The position numbers were made by a program, and so were the translations under genes. A stretch of DNA of 64,000 nucleotides, taken from IMG/VR virus record IMGVR_UViG_3300037483_001478, positions 7,989 to 71,988 of that record; one strand, given 5' to 3'. Positions 63,696 through 64,000 of the stretch are shown here, in pieces. Every line of letters begins with the position of its first letter. The first letter of the stretch is position 1. The stretch comes from a virus. The notes beneath the pieces are model-generated. The model saw only the letters and a program-made list of their open reading frames with translations, was not told the origin of the DNA and made no database searches.

Positions 63696-64000
63696 GCCCT
63701 AGCTTTATGGCGTTCATCCAAGAGGTGGACCACATCCAAAAAGAGGCAGTGGGCCTCCCTAAGTTTGTCCTCCAGGGGTTGGGCAAGCTCAAGGGTGTGG
63801 CGAAAGGATGGTCTAGGGTAAAGCCCACGGCTCAAGGCTATTCAGGCGATCTTGTAGAGGCTGCTTCTCGCGTCAAGAACCCTTTGGCGGGCATTCGTAA
63901 GGGGTGGATGGCCTCTTCCCCCAGGACAGCCTTGGAGCAGGGCGTCATTTCTCCTAAGGACGCGGAGCGCTTACTCAAGCGGTCTCCGTGGATGGCAGAA
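63692..64000 (+). CDS. 3'-truncated protein with N-terminal AFIQEVDHIQKEA motif
   Basis: ATGA coupling; open to window end: MSPSFMAFIQEVDHIQKEAVGLPK... Confidence 0.65.
   Translation, partial: MSPSFMAFIQEVDHIQKEAVGLPKFVLQGLGKLKGVAKGWSRVKPTAQGYSGDLVEAASRVKNPLAGIRKGWMASSPRTALEQGVISPKDAERLLKRSPWMAE

Noticed and set aside
1-64000. Stop-codon reassignment
   Set aside because: TAA, TAG and TGA all end genes at coupled junctions, and coding density is high under the standard code.

Overview
The window is a 64 kb piece of a large, gene-dense tailed phage genome (myovirus/jumbo-phage-like, GC-rich, standard genetic code). It holds no rRNA, tRNA, CRISPR array, integrase, transposase or reverse transcriptase that I can recognise. 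Layout: (i) 1-8 kb accessory genes (GroES-like co-chaperonin, Amidase_2 endolysin, RHH protein, Zn-finger proteins, ATP-dependent DNA ligase); (ii) 8.1-45.3 kb + strand tail/baseplate module (tape-measure-like, hub-like, gp25-like, baseplate J-like, PKD/Ig and fibre proteins), interrupted by small proteins with a shared N-terminal motif, a sigma-70-family factor and a holin-like + MshEN-like pair, and ending in three membrane proteins; (iii) 45.3-61.6 kb - strand replication/recombination operon (SF2 helicase, family-4 UDG, DnaB, primase, Cys-rich SSB candidate, family A polymerase, RecA, two resolvases, Cas4-like nuclease); (iv) 61.7-64 kb start of a probable head module. Best leads: a candidate programmed -1 frameshift (G_GGG_GAG, 6 nt spacer, strong hairpin) that would add a Rho-N-like domain to the last gene of the replication operon; a recurrent F-x-D-E-L-x-K-I-A / K-x-A signature suggesting a capsid-targeting and prohead-protease code; and a stand-alone MshEN-like (c-di-GMP receptor fold) gene coupled to a holin-like gene. 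All product calls come from motif recognition by eye; no searches were run.
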